IMG/VR virus record: IMGVR_UViG_3300000439_000004
Span: 1 to 64,000 of that record
From: a virus
Lineage: Duplodnaviria; Caudoviricetes
DNA: 64,000 nucleotides
Strand: one strand, 5' to 3'
The notes below the pieces were generated by a model. It was given only the letters and a program-made list of their open reading frames with translations. It did no database searches and was not told the origin of the DNA. The position numbers and the translations under genes are program-made. Shown one piece after another: positions 50,325 through 58,794 of this stretch; within the stretch, counting starts at the first letter, position 1; every line of letters begins with the position of its first letter.

Positions 50325-50774
50325 TTATGTAAAACTATTAATTATTTCTTTAACAGTATTTGCATCTGACATACCAGGAAAAGATTTATTAAATAATCCA
50401 ATTGCTTTTCCAATTTTCTTATTAATATTGGATTCATCACTTAAAGAATCCAATATCTTTTTTATTTCAATTTCCATTTCTTCTTTTGTTAAAGGTTTTG
50501 GCATATATTTTTCCAAAACTAACATTTCATTTTTTTCATTTTCAGACAAATCTAAACGATTACCTTTGATGAATTCATCATAAGATTGTTTTCTTTGTTT
50601 GATACAATTTGAAATTACCTTCAAAATACTTTCTTCAGTTAATTCTTGATTAGAATTTAACTTTTCTGATTCAGTAATTTTTGATTTTAAACTACTCAAA
50701 GCATTTTTTGTTACTTGATCTTTTGCTTTCATTGCAACAACAAAATCATTTTGTATTTGTTCTTTTAATTTCAT
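50325..50774 (-). CDS. GatB/YqeY domain protein
   Basis: MKLKEQIQND...AMKAKD..IKQRKQS..E..VLEKYMP. Confidence 0.85.
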   Translation of the reverse strand: MKLKEQIQNDFVVAMKAKDQVTKNALSSLKSKITESEKLNSNQELTEESILKVISNCIKQRKQSYDEFIKGNRLDLSENEKNEMLVLEKYMPKPLTKEEMEIEIKKILDSLSDESNINKKIGKAIGLFNKSFPGMSDANTVKEIINSFT

Positions 50775-50841
50775 TTCTTTATGTTTTTTAATTTAACAAT
50801 GCAAATATAGATAAAAATTTTTAAATAAAAAAAAATATTTG

Positions 50842-50999
50842 TTCCGTAACCAGGAATCGAACCTGGGATCTCCGCCACATGCACGGCGGTGAGATTTAGC
50901 CTTTCTTCACTTGATATGAGTAACTTTTGTTTTTGCGTTGCTCACCGCTCGAACATATAAACTCATTCATCCGATTTGCTTCCACTTCTCTACTACGGG
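50842..50999 (-). ncRNA. Giant tRNA-like RNA with expanded D region
   Basis: Acceptor CCCGTAG/TTACGGA, CCGCC-GTGCATGT-GGCGG, T arm CCAGG TTCGATT CCTGG. Confidence 0.55.
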
Positions 51000-51009
51000 A
51001 AAGTTATAG

Positions 51010-51082
51010 TTGCTACGTCTGGGAATCGAACCCAGTTATTTTGGCTTATGAGACCAACGAAATACCTTACCTCCCACCAGCT
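51010..51082 (-). tRNA. tRNA(CAT), Met-type, irregular acceptor
   Basis: TTGGT CT CAT AA GCCAA; good T arm. Confidence 0.65.
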
Positions 51083-51095
51083 ATTTATTGTACTT

Positions 51096-51172
51096 TGGTA
51101 GCGTATATTGGATTTGAACCAATGAATGTATCCTTATGAGAGATATGTGTTCGACCACTTCACCAATACGCC
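51096..51172 (-). tRNA. tRNA-Met(CAT)
   Basis: Cloverleaf with CCA. Confidence 0.85.
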
Positions 51173-51255
51173 AAAAGAGCCCCGATATTTTCATAAGTAC
51201 TTAATCTTCATTTACCTGGCTCGGGGCCACACTGGTAAATTACTTCCTTACTTTG

Positions 51256-51346
51256 CGGAGAAGATAGGACTCGAACCTACACACCAGCTCATCACCGATG
51301 ACCCGTTTTCAAGACGAGGCCGATACCAATTTCGGTTTACTTCTCC
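51256..51346 (-). tRNA. tRNA-Ser(TGA)
   Basis: Long variable arm; G73. Confidence 0.88.
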
Positions 51347-51375
51347 ATTAAAACAAATACAAAAAAGTCCAAAAG

Positions 51376-51452
51376 GGTGATTAACCAGGTATGATCTGGC
51401 ACTCTTCTGCTCCACAAACAGACGCTTTAATTCCATTTAAGCGATAACCACC
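51376..51452 (-). tRNA. tRNA-His(GTG)
   Basis: G-1:C73; loop TT GTG GA. Confidence 0.8.
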
Positions 51453-51463
51453 ATGTATATATG

Positions 51464-51611
51464 TGTTGATAATGGGATTTGAACCCACAAGTTGGTGACT
51501 AAATCAACAATTATTTTCATTGTCATCTGGTTTACTAAAACAGGAAATCCATAAATGGTCCAAATATTTTCCTCAAACAGTAATCATGTTTACCAATTCC
51601 ATCACATCAAC
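51464..51611 (-). ncRNA. Giant tRNA-like RNA (Leu-type body, ~70-nt anticodon-arm insertion)
   Basis: Acceptor GTTGATG/TATCAAC, D arm ATG GAATTGGTAAA CAT, T arm GTGGG TTCAAAT CCCAT. Confidence 0.6.
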
Positions 51612-51707
51612 AATATAAAAAATAAACATTGCTATCAGGGTTTAAATGTCGCTCGGAATGACTTACTGACACCAACTGATTTTACAGTTTCTTAGTTTAT
51701 TTTTTTG

Positions 51708-51788
51708 AGGCCAAGGTCAGATTCGAACTGACGTGTTTAATATATCGGGTTTGCAATCCGACCTCTTCAACCACTCGAGCACTTGACC
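51708..51788 (-). tRNA. tRNA-Cys(GCA)
   Basis: Loop TT GCA AA; U73. Confidence 0.85.
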
Positions 51789-51801
51789 ATGTTTTTTTTA
51801 G

Positions 51802-51875
51802 AAGTCTCAGAGGGATTTGAACCCATCAACCTCTCGTTTCGTAGACGAGTGCTCTTCCAATTGAGCTATGAGACC
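51802..51875 (-). tRNA. tRNA-Arg(ACG)
   Basis: Loop CT ACG AA. Confidence 0.85.
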
Positions 51876-51880
51876 AATTG

Positions 51881-51962
51881 CACACCACACCCGACTCGAA
51901 CAGGTATTGAGAAACTCTCACGATTTTGGAGATCGCTGCATTACCAATTATGCTAGTGATGT
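51881..51962 (-). tRNA. tRNA-Trp(CCA), extended variable arm
   Basis: Loop CT CCA AA; G73. Confidence 0.8.
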
Positions 51963-52042
51963 GTTTTTATTTTATTTCTTGTAATTGTTTTCTTAAATCT
52001 TGAATTTTTGTTAAGTAACCTGATACTGATATTTCAGCAGTG

Positions 52043-52234
52043 TTAGATATTTTTTGTTTCAGATTTGTTTTCATTTCTTCTTTTTTTATATAAATGATAA
52101 TCAAATCCTACTTCATTACATAATTTTTTTATTTTTTCACAATTTCTATATTTATCATCATTATATAATTTTCTAGCACCATCATTTAATGATACACAAT
52201 TATTTAAAAAATTTAAAATTTCATCTTTATTCAT
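52043..52234 (-). pseudogene. Truncated homing-endonuclease N-terminal fragment
   Basis: MNKDEILNFLNNCVSLND.. resembles N-termini of neighbouring HNH genes; no nuclease domain. Confidence 0.4.
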
Positions 52235-52296
52235 ATAAATAAATATATGAAAATGTGGTTTAAATGTAAATGGAACCACAATAAAAAAAATTTTTG

Positions 52297-52370
52297 TGTC
52301 AACAACCAGATTCGAACTGGTAACTACTAGGTGCTTCAAACCTAAGCTCTACCATTGGAGCTATGTTGAC
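52297..52370 (-). tRNA. tRNA-Phe(GAA)
   Basis: TAGGT TT GAA GC ACCTA. Confidence 0.85.
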
Positions 52371-52455
52371 ATTTTTATCCATATTTCAAAGAACATATAT
52401 CGTTTCCGATTGTTCAGCAAAGATAATAATATTTTTGATTCTACCAAATTTATTT

Positions 52456-53223
52456 TTATTGAATATTTTTATTATATTTTTTATCCCACATTTCTATTCG
52501 TTCTAATAATTGATTGTATGTTAAAATAGATTTTTTGTTTTTAGAAACATTTTCATTATGTATCATTAATTTACAATTTGCCGGATGTGATAATAATTTA
52601 GGATTAATACCTTTATTAAAACCATCTTTAACTGATAACATATGATCCCTACTTACACCACTTAAATTATTACCTCTATTTTTAGGTTTATACCAACCAT
52701 ATTTTTCAATTAACGAAAAATCAAATTCATTTGGATAATCATTCAAACTAAATTTAAAATTGGTTTCTTGTTTATATTTGGCAAATTCAGTCATATCTTT
52801 TTGATTGTTTTGTTTTTTACAATTATCTGAACAAAATTTTTTACGTATTTTTTTTTCTATTAGAATATCACAATTTTTACATTTAATAGTTTTATTTACT
52901 AATTTATTCTTATGTGATATAGACATTCTTTTTTTTGTTTCATTTGTAACTACTCTACCTATATTAGTAAATGAAGTGGAACATGACTGAGAACAAAATG
53001 AATTTCTTCTTTTTTCGTAACTTAAAATTTTATTACATTTTGGATTTAAACAAAATTTTAATTTTTTTTCATAAAGTTCTTTTGTTTTTTCAGTTAACCC
53101 ATTGCCATTTTTACTATAATCTCTTAAATTTTTATTTACATGATAATTTCTACATTTAAAAGAACAATAAATTCTATTGTTTTCAATTTCTTTGTTACAC
53201 TCAATATTTTTACATTTATTCAT
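52456..53223 (-). CDS. Putative HNH-like homing endonuclease
   Basis: Zn-finger repeats; SRDHMLSV..HPANC..N. Confidence 0.7.
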   Translation of the reverse strand: MNKCKNIECNKEIENNRIYCSFKCRNYHVNKNLRDYSKNGNGLTEKTKELYEKKLKFCLNPKCNKILSYEKRRNSFCSQSCSTSFTNIGRVVTNETKKRMSISHKNKLVNKTIKCKNCDILIEKKIRKKFCSDNCKKQNNQKDMTEFAKYKQETNFKFSLNDYPNEFDFSLIEKYGWYKPKNRGNNLSGVSRDHMLSVKDGFNKGINPKLLSHPANCKLMIHNENVSKNKKSILTYNQLLERIEMWDKKYNKNIQ

Positions 53224-53278
53224 ATTTATAAATATTAATAAAATGGAAAAAAGTAAAGACGAATTAAAAACAATTTAG

Positions 53279-53355
53279 TGGAAGTTACGGTGAACGATAC
53301 CGTCTGATTTCCGCATTGCAAGTGCGGTGACCACACCAATGCAGTCCCAACCCCC
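53279..53355 (-). tRNA. tRNA-Ala(TGC)
   Basis: G3.U70; CCGCA CT TGC AA TGCGG. Confidence 0.8.
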
Positions 53356-53435
53356 ATTTAATTCCCCATATTTCAAAGATCAGATGCTCATCCACTAGAG
53401 CTTCACCCCCATTTTTTTTAAAGAACTATATAAAC

Positions 53436-53467
53436 AAAAAAACCTCGGAAGGTTATTCCGAGGTTTT
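53436..53467 (-). terminator. Attenuator terminator of right tRNA operon
   Basis: AAAACCTCGGAA-TAACC-TTCCGAGGTTTTTTT. Confidence 0.85.
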
Positions 53468-53491
53468 CACTTATAATGTTAAAATTAAAAT

Positions 53492-53593
53492 TTAACTTAA
53501 ATCAGTATCAACAACTCGGAACATAATAATATCACGCTCATCCGCCCATTTTGAACAGATTGTAAACGACATCGTATGTTTGAATTGTTTCAT
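53492..53593 (-). CDS. Leader peptide of right tRNA operon (33 aa)
   Basis: MKQFKHTMSFTICSKWADERDIIMFRVVDTDLS*, between promoter TATATTTG (53656-53663) and terminator. Confidence 0.8.
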   Translation of the reverse strand: MKQFKHTMSFTICSKWADERDIIMFRVVDTDLS

Positions 53594-53815
53594 TGAAATT
53601 CTTTTATTTTTTTTACTTTATAATACCTCAGATACTATTTTCTCCGATTGTATTGCAAATATAGATATAAATATTGGAATAAACAAGAAAAGTTCAAAGT
53701 TTTTTAAAAATATTTTTTTTTATTTTATTTTTCCATATTTTTTTAAGATGTTTATATTGTGAAATTAAAAGATTAATAATTCAATCTTTTCTGAATTTTT
53801 AATATATTTATTAAT

Positions 53816-54622
53816 ATGAAAAAAACATTTTTATATATTAAAGAAACGCCATTAGGATTAAAATATTTAGGTAAAACAACACAAGATCCTTACACATATA
53901 AAGGTAGTGGTATATATTGGAATAATCATTTGAAAAAAAATAATTTTACAATAAATGACATAAAAACTACGATACTACTTGAAACCACAGATCGTAATGA
54001 ATTAAAAGAAATGGGATTATATTATAGTGAGTTATATAATGTTGTAGACAATAAAAAGTGGGCAAATTTAAAACCTGAAATTGGTGATGGTGGAAGTGGT
54101 AAAATGAAAGATGAGGTTAAAGAAAAAATAAAAAAAACAATGAAAGGTAAAAAATTAATATGGTCTGAGGAAACAATTAAAAAAAGAAATGAAAAATTAA
54201 AAGGTAGAAAAATGCCACCATGTTCAGAGGAAACTAAATTAAAAATAAGTTTGGCCAATAAACTATGGGAACATAAACCATTAACTGAAGAAACAAAAAG
54301 AAAAATTTCTGAATCAAATAAAGGTAAAATAGTCTCTAATGAGACTAAAATAAAAATCTCAATTAAACGAAAAGGAAAAAAACATACAGAAGAAACAAAA
54401 AACAAACTTTCAGAAGTTAATAAAGGTAAAATTGTTAGTGAAACAACAAAAATAAAAATGTCAAAAAATAAAAATAATGTCAAAAAAGTATTGGATGTTA
54501 AAACAAATTTTATATATGATACAATTAAGGATGCTGCCAATTCAATAAATATGAAACACACTACATTATGTGCAATGTTAAGAGGACAAAATAAAAATAA
54601 AACAAATTTAATATATTTATAA
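53816..54622 (+). CDS. GIY-YIG homing endonuclease with NUMOD3 repeats
   Basis: FLYIK..KYLGKT..YKGSG; EETKxKIS repeats. Confidence 0.85.
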   Translation: MKKTFLYIKETPLGLKYLGKTTQDPYTYKGSGIYWNNHLKKNNFTINDIKTTILLETTDRNELKEMGLYYSELYNVVDNKKWANLKPEIGDGGSGKMKDEVKEKIKKTMKGKKLIWSEETIKKRNEKLKGRKMPPCSEETKLKISLANKLWEHKPLTEETKRKISESNKGKIVSNETKIKISIKRKGKKHTEETKNKLSEVNKGKIVSETTKIKMSKNKNNVKKVLDVKTNFIYDTIKDAANSINMKHTTLCAMLRGQNKNKTNLIYL

Positions 54623-54634
54623 TAAAATAAAATT

Positions 54635-54910
54635 ATGTCAGAAAATTTAAGTTTTAAATCGTGGATTCAGGATCTCTTCAAAGATGAGAGAGGTTCTACA
54701 TCAATTAAACCGGTTGTTGCTTTGATTGGTGCTCTTTTCTTATGTGGAACAATGTTAGCTAATTCATTTAGTGCTGAGAATATCAAACCATCAAATGATT
54801 TGGTTAATGCTGTAATGGTAATTACTGCAATTGGTATGGGTGCAGATACTTTGGATAAGTTCTCATCAAAAAAGAAAGATGAATCTACTGACACACCACC
54901 AGTAAATTAA
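54635..54910 (+). CDS. Small two-TM membrane protein (possible holin)
   Basis: Two hydrophobic helices, charged C-terminus. Confidence 0.55.
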   Translation: MSENLSFKSWIQDLFKDERGSTSIKPVVALIGALFLCGTMLANSFSAENIKPSNDLVNAVMVITAIGMGADTLDKFSSKKKDESTDTPPVN

Positions 54911-54922
54911 AAAAGGGGAGAA

Positions 54923-55246
54923 TTAATTCTCCCCTTTTATTTTTATTAATTGATTATGTAAATCTCTTATTTCAGTACATTTTTCAAATAATTCATTTTG
55001 TTGATAATATGGTAAAAGATCATCTATAAGAATGTTTATTTTCATCTTATCAAATTTAAATTCAGTGTCCCATTCAAGATTTTGAATTTTTGCCCTAACT
55101 AATAAATTAACATTCTCAATAGATATATCTTCAAGTTGTTTAAAACATTCGATGATTTCATTATATATTTTTTCAATATTATTATCATAGAAGTCTTTAA
55201 AATCTCCATGGTTTTCATCAATGGTTATTGTTTTTTCAAAATTCAT
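54923..55246 (-). CDS. Hypothetical protein
   Basis: ORF track. Confidence 0.6.
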   Translation of the reverse strand: MNFEKTITIDENHGDFKDFYDNNIEKIYNEIIECFKQLEDISIENVNLLVRAKIQNLEWDTEFKFDKMKINILIDDLLPYYQQNELFEKCTEIRDLHNQLIKIKGEN

Positions 55247-55247
55247 T

Positions 55248-55721
55248 TTAATCTTTTATTGTATGTTTTATCTGTACTCTTATACAGGTTTGAGGTTTTC
55301 TACAATTTTTAAAGAAATTATTAACGAAACCAATGATATTTCCAGCACCGATTGGATTTGCGGAATGTGTATAAACTGTTGGAAAAACAAATTTTTGGAA
55401 TGGATTATCAATAAACACACCTTCTTCTGTTGGATGCGGTATTTGTAATCTATTTTCAAAATAATAATTTATCAACCATTTTGCACAATCAAGACCGGTT
55501 TTTTCTTTAATATTATCATAATTAAGTGTATAATTCGGACCAACATTGTTAAAATATTCTTCCATTGCGGTATCACCTAAATCATGATCCAAAGAAATTA
55601 TTTCAATATTATTCAAACCAATTTCTTTTATTTTTTCAACAAACTCATCATAGTTTCTTACTACAATCCAACCTTCTTCTGTGGGGGTTCTCACATCATC
55701 TAAATAAATTTTATTCATCAA
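55248..55721 (-). CDS. Cyclic-phosphate-processing receiver-domain protein
   Basis: IYLDDVR..ISLDHDLG..TG.D..HSANP.G. Confidence 0.8.
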   Translation of the reverse strand: MMNKIYLDDVRTPTEEGWIVVRNYDEFVEKIKEIGLNNIEIISLDHDLGDTAMEEYFNNVGPNYTLNYDNIKEKTGLDCAKWLINYYFENRLQIPHPTEEGVFIDNPFQKFVFPTVYTHSANPIGAGNIIGFVNNFFKNCRKPQTCIRVQIKHTIKD

Positions 55722-56812
55722 TATTATTTTTAAACGGTTTTGAATATTTTGGGTATATATAATCCCATATTATGTTATCATAATTTTGTCTATCATACAT
55801 TTTAAACAAAATTGGTCTTAAATGTTTTTCTTGCATTAAAACCCATTCTGCGTATGTTTTTCTTATTGGTAATTCTCCATCATAAGATTCGTAGATATTA
55901 TCAAACAATTTACCAGCATATTCTTTTATTGAATGGAAATTATATCTCAAATCTCTAACAGTATCTTTCACCCATTTATAGAAGTCATCTGGTACTTTTT
56001 CCAATATTTCATCTAATGGTTTATCTTCTTTCAAATATTCCCATAAATCACGATTAGAGATGTTTGTTAATATTCTATGTAATCTACAATATTCATCACC
56101 CTTTATCTTCATTCTAAAACCATTCTTAAAACGAATAACAAATCCTTCTGCATCATTTGATATAATTAATTTTAATTTATCAAAATCATTGAATCCGTCA
56201 TATTTTTTAACAATCTTAAAACCTAAATTTGTCATTAGGTTTTTGAATCTTATACCACCATCATAATCTTCATCGTTATAAAGATTTATTTCTTCACCTG
56301 TTTTAGTTTCGATAATTCCAAGTAATATTAAATCTTCGTAATCGTAATTACAAACAATTTTATTTTCAGGATATATGATTTCAAATAGATAAGTGTGACC
56401 TTTTGGTAGTCTATTATAATCGTATTCCTTTAATAGTTCAGTACCTTTGATTGATTGTTCTGAAGTAAATGAACCACGAGTAGATAATACCCATTCGTCT
56501 TTATAATTAAATAAAATACCCAATGAACCATCCATTTTTTCAAACACTTCAAATGATTCGTTTGGTATTATTTCTGGTGATATTTCCAAATATTCTTCAT
56601 AGTTGAAGAACTTATTAAATGGACGAGCGATAATGTCACCATCTGAATTTGTTACAAGTCCACGGCATTGTCTTGTCACATCATCCCATAAACGATCATA
56701 TTGGACTTTTGGTGAATAATTCCATGTAGTCAAATCCAGAACTGGATGAGTTTGTTTTAATAACAAACCATCATTGTGGTATTTTTCTAATAATTCAGTT
56801 GTAATTAACATT
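55711..56812 (-). CDS. T4 Rnl1-like RNA ligase
   Basis: CRGLV, RPFNKFFN, EKMDGSL, EGFV, MKIKG; probable start MLITT. Confidence 0.88.
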
Positions 56813-56867
56813 ATTTTTTTATTTAAGTTTTCAAATATAGTTGTAATATTTGAAACTACCAAATAAA

Positions 56868-57290
56868 TTACAACTTTACCTCAAAACGGTTACGCATTTT
56901 TTCTATTGTTTCATCAGGTACATTGTGTTCGTTAACACCACCATGACGATTTTCTACAATTACAGAATGAACTCTATAATTATATCTTTCTGCCATTTCA
57001 TAATATGTTTTCATTTCCCATTCTTGAGTGAATGTATTGGAAACAACAATTTTTGAAAGTTCATTTTTCATTTTATTTGCACATCTAACTTGACAATCGT
57101 TATGTGCTTCTTTTATTTTTGTTGCATCAAAATTATAATTACCTTTTTCATCCATGAAATAATCATCGGCAGATAAAACATCAGTTGTATCGCTAGTCAT
57201 CCATTTTAATATAACATGTCCTAATGTTGTTTTCCCGCTACCTGGTATTCCTCTTAATAATATTAAGTCTCCTTTGAATTTATTTTCCAT
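56868..57290 (-). CDS. P-loop polynucleotide-kinase-like protein (AAA_33)
   Basis: RGIPGSGKTT, SADDYF, VSNTF, HNVP. Confidence 0.85.
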   Translation of the reverse strand: MENKFKGDLILLRGIPGSGKTTLGHVILKWMTSDTTDVLSADDYFMDEKGNYNFDATKIKEAHNDCQVRCANKMKNELSKIVVSNTFTQEWEMKTYYEMAERYNYRVHSVIVENRHGGVNEHNVPDETIEKMRNRFEVKL

Positions 57291-57346
57291 GTTCTTTTAT
57301 AAATAAATAGTTAAAAAAATTGGGGTCAAATTAATGACCCCGTTTT

Positions 57347-57511
57347 TTACTTCTTGATGATAGTATCAGGTGTGTGAGTTGAATCACTTGTTTTAATACT
57401 ATCAACCTTTACAGTTGTTGAGTCTGTTGTTCCATTTGTGGTTGACCCAGTTCCACATGCAGTCATTGCAACGGTTGCAATAAGAGCAATTACTAAAATA
57501 ATTTTATTCAT
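57347..57511 (-). CDS. Small lipoprotein (54 aa)
   Basis: MNKIILVIALIATVAMTA-CGTGSTTNGTTDSTTVKVDSIKTSDSTHTPDTIIKK; not in ORF track. Confidence 0.75.
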   Translation of the reverse strand: MNKIILVIALIATVAMTACGTGSTTNGTTDSTTVKVDSIKTSDSTHTPDTIIKK

Positions 57512-57547
57512 AGTGCAAATATAAATAAAATATTCTATACTTCCAAA

Positions 57548-58768
57548 TTATTTTTTGGAGATGGTTAATTTGTCTGTTTTATAACGTATTGTTATTTGAC
57601 CATCTTCAATAACATTACCTCTTAAAATTTCTTCACTCAAGAAGTCTTCGCAAAGGTTTTGTATGATCCTTTTGATTGGTCTTGCACCATATTCTTCTTG
57701 GGTATTTAATTCAAAAATCTTATTTGTTACACTTTCATCAAATTTAATTTTATAACCCTTTTCTTTCAAACGATCATTTAATTTATTCAATTCGATAGAA
57801 ATAATTGATTTGATTGTTTCATCATTCAATGGATTGAATAATATTAAATCATCAATACGATTTAAGAATTCAGGTTTGAATTGTTGTTTCAATGATTTTT
57901 GAATCATTGTTTTTCTAACCTCATATCCTTGTTTTTCACTAGTGGCAGTTTTAAACCCTACACCACCACCAAAATCAGATACTTTCTTTGCCCCAACATT
58001 TGATGTCATGATAATGATGGTATTTGTGAAATTAACTTTTCTTCCAAAAGAATCTGTCAAATGACCTTCATCTAATATCTGAAGAAGTAAATTAAACACA
58101 TCAGGGTGAGCTTTCTCAATTTCATCAAATAATATAACTGAGAATGGGTTGTTTTTAACTTTTTCTGTTAATTGACCACCTTCATCATATCCAACATATC
58201 CGGGAGGAGAACCAATTAGTTTTGATACATTGTGTTTTTCCATAAATTCCGTCATATCAATCCTTATCATTTTATTTGGATCACCAAATAATATTTCCGC
58301 AATTGATTTTGCCAGATATGTGTTATGTGATAATATACCATTAGTATAATACCTTCTATTAGAACCTTCTATTAATTCAAGGTCATACATAATTTCCTCA
58401 TAACCTAAATTAGATATTTCTAACACTTCAGATTCAATCAATTTACCATCATTATCCGATACCATCACAAATGAACCAAATTTTAAGTCTTTAACAAATA
58501 CTTCGGTTAAACCAATTGGTTCAAATGTAGTTTCATCATAATCAATAAGAAAAATAATATGATTATCTGCACATTTAAGTTCTTTGCCGTCTTTTAATTT
58601 AAGATGATAAACTTCGTATGGTATTGTTTCATGAAGGGATTCTATATCAACAAACCCATCATCAGTTAAAACTTCATACTCACTAATTTTAGTTGTTTTA
58701 GTGATCTTTTTTAATGAATCAAGTTCATTTTTTACAATTAAGTTGTTTAATTTTTCTTTTTTTATCAT
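57548..58768 (-). CDS. Split-intein C part (149 aa) + ClpB/C NBD2 C-extein
   Basis: CADNH block B, YDL..YYTNGILSHN-T; then RIDMTEF..GSPPGYVGY..LFDEIEKAH. Confidence 0.9.
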   Translation of the reverse strand: MIKKEKLNNLIVKNELDSLKKITKTTKISEYEVLTDDGFVDIESLHETIPYEVYHLKLKDGKELKCADNHIIFLIDYDETTFEPIGLTEVFVKDLKFGSFVMVSDNDGKLIESEVLEISNLGYEEIMYDLELIEGSNRRYYTNGILSHNTYLAKSIAEILFGDPNKMIRIDMTEFMEKHNVSKLIGSPPGYVGYDEGGQLTEKVKNNPFSVILFDEIEKAHPDVFNLLLQILDEGHLTDSFGRKVNFTNTIIIMTSNVGAKKVSDFGGGVGFKTATSEKQGYEVRKTMIQKSLKQQFKPEFLNRIDDLILFNPLNDETIKSIISIELNKLNDRLKEKGYKIKFDESVTNKIFELNTQEEYGARPIKRIIQNLCEDFLSEEILRGNVIEDGQITIRYKTDKLTISKK

Positions 58769-58794
58769 TTGTTTAATTTTTTACAAATATACGT

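Noticed and set aside
40592-51436. ORF-track ORFs at 40592, 42964, 43857, 44107, 44596, 49785, 50927, 51126 and 51248
   Set aside because: They overlap tRNA or ncRNA genes and are spurious translations.
53492-53593. UGA-rich leader sensing opal read-through
   Set aside because: The TGA triplets are out of frame with ATG 53593; the true frame is an open 33-codon ORF, and no tRNA(TCA) was found.
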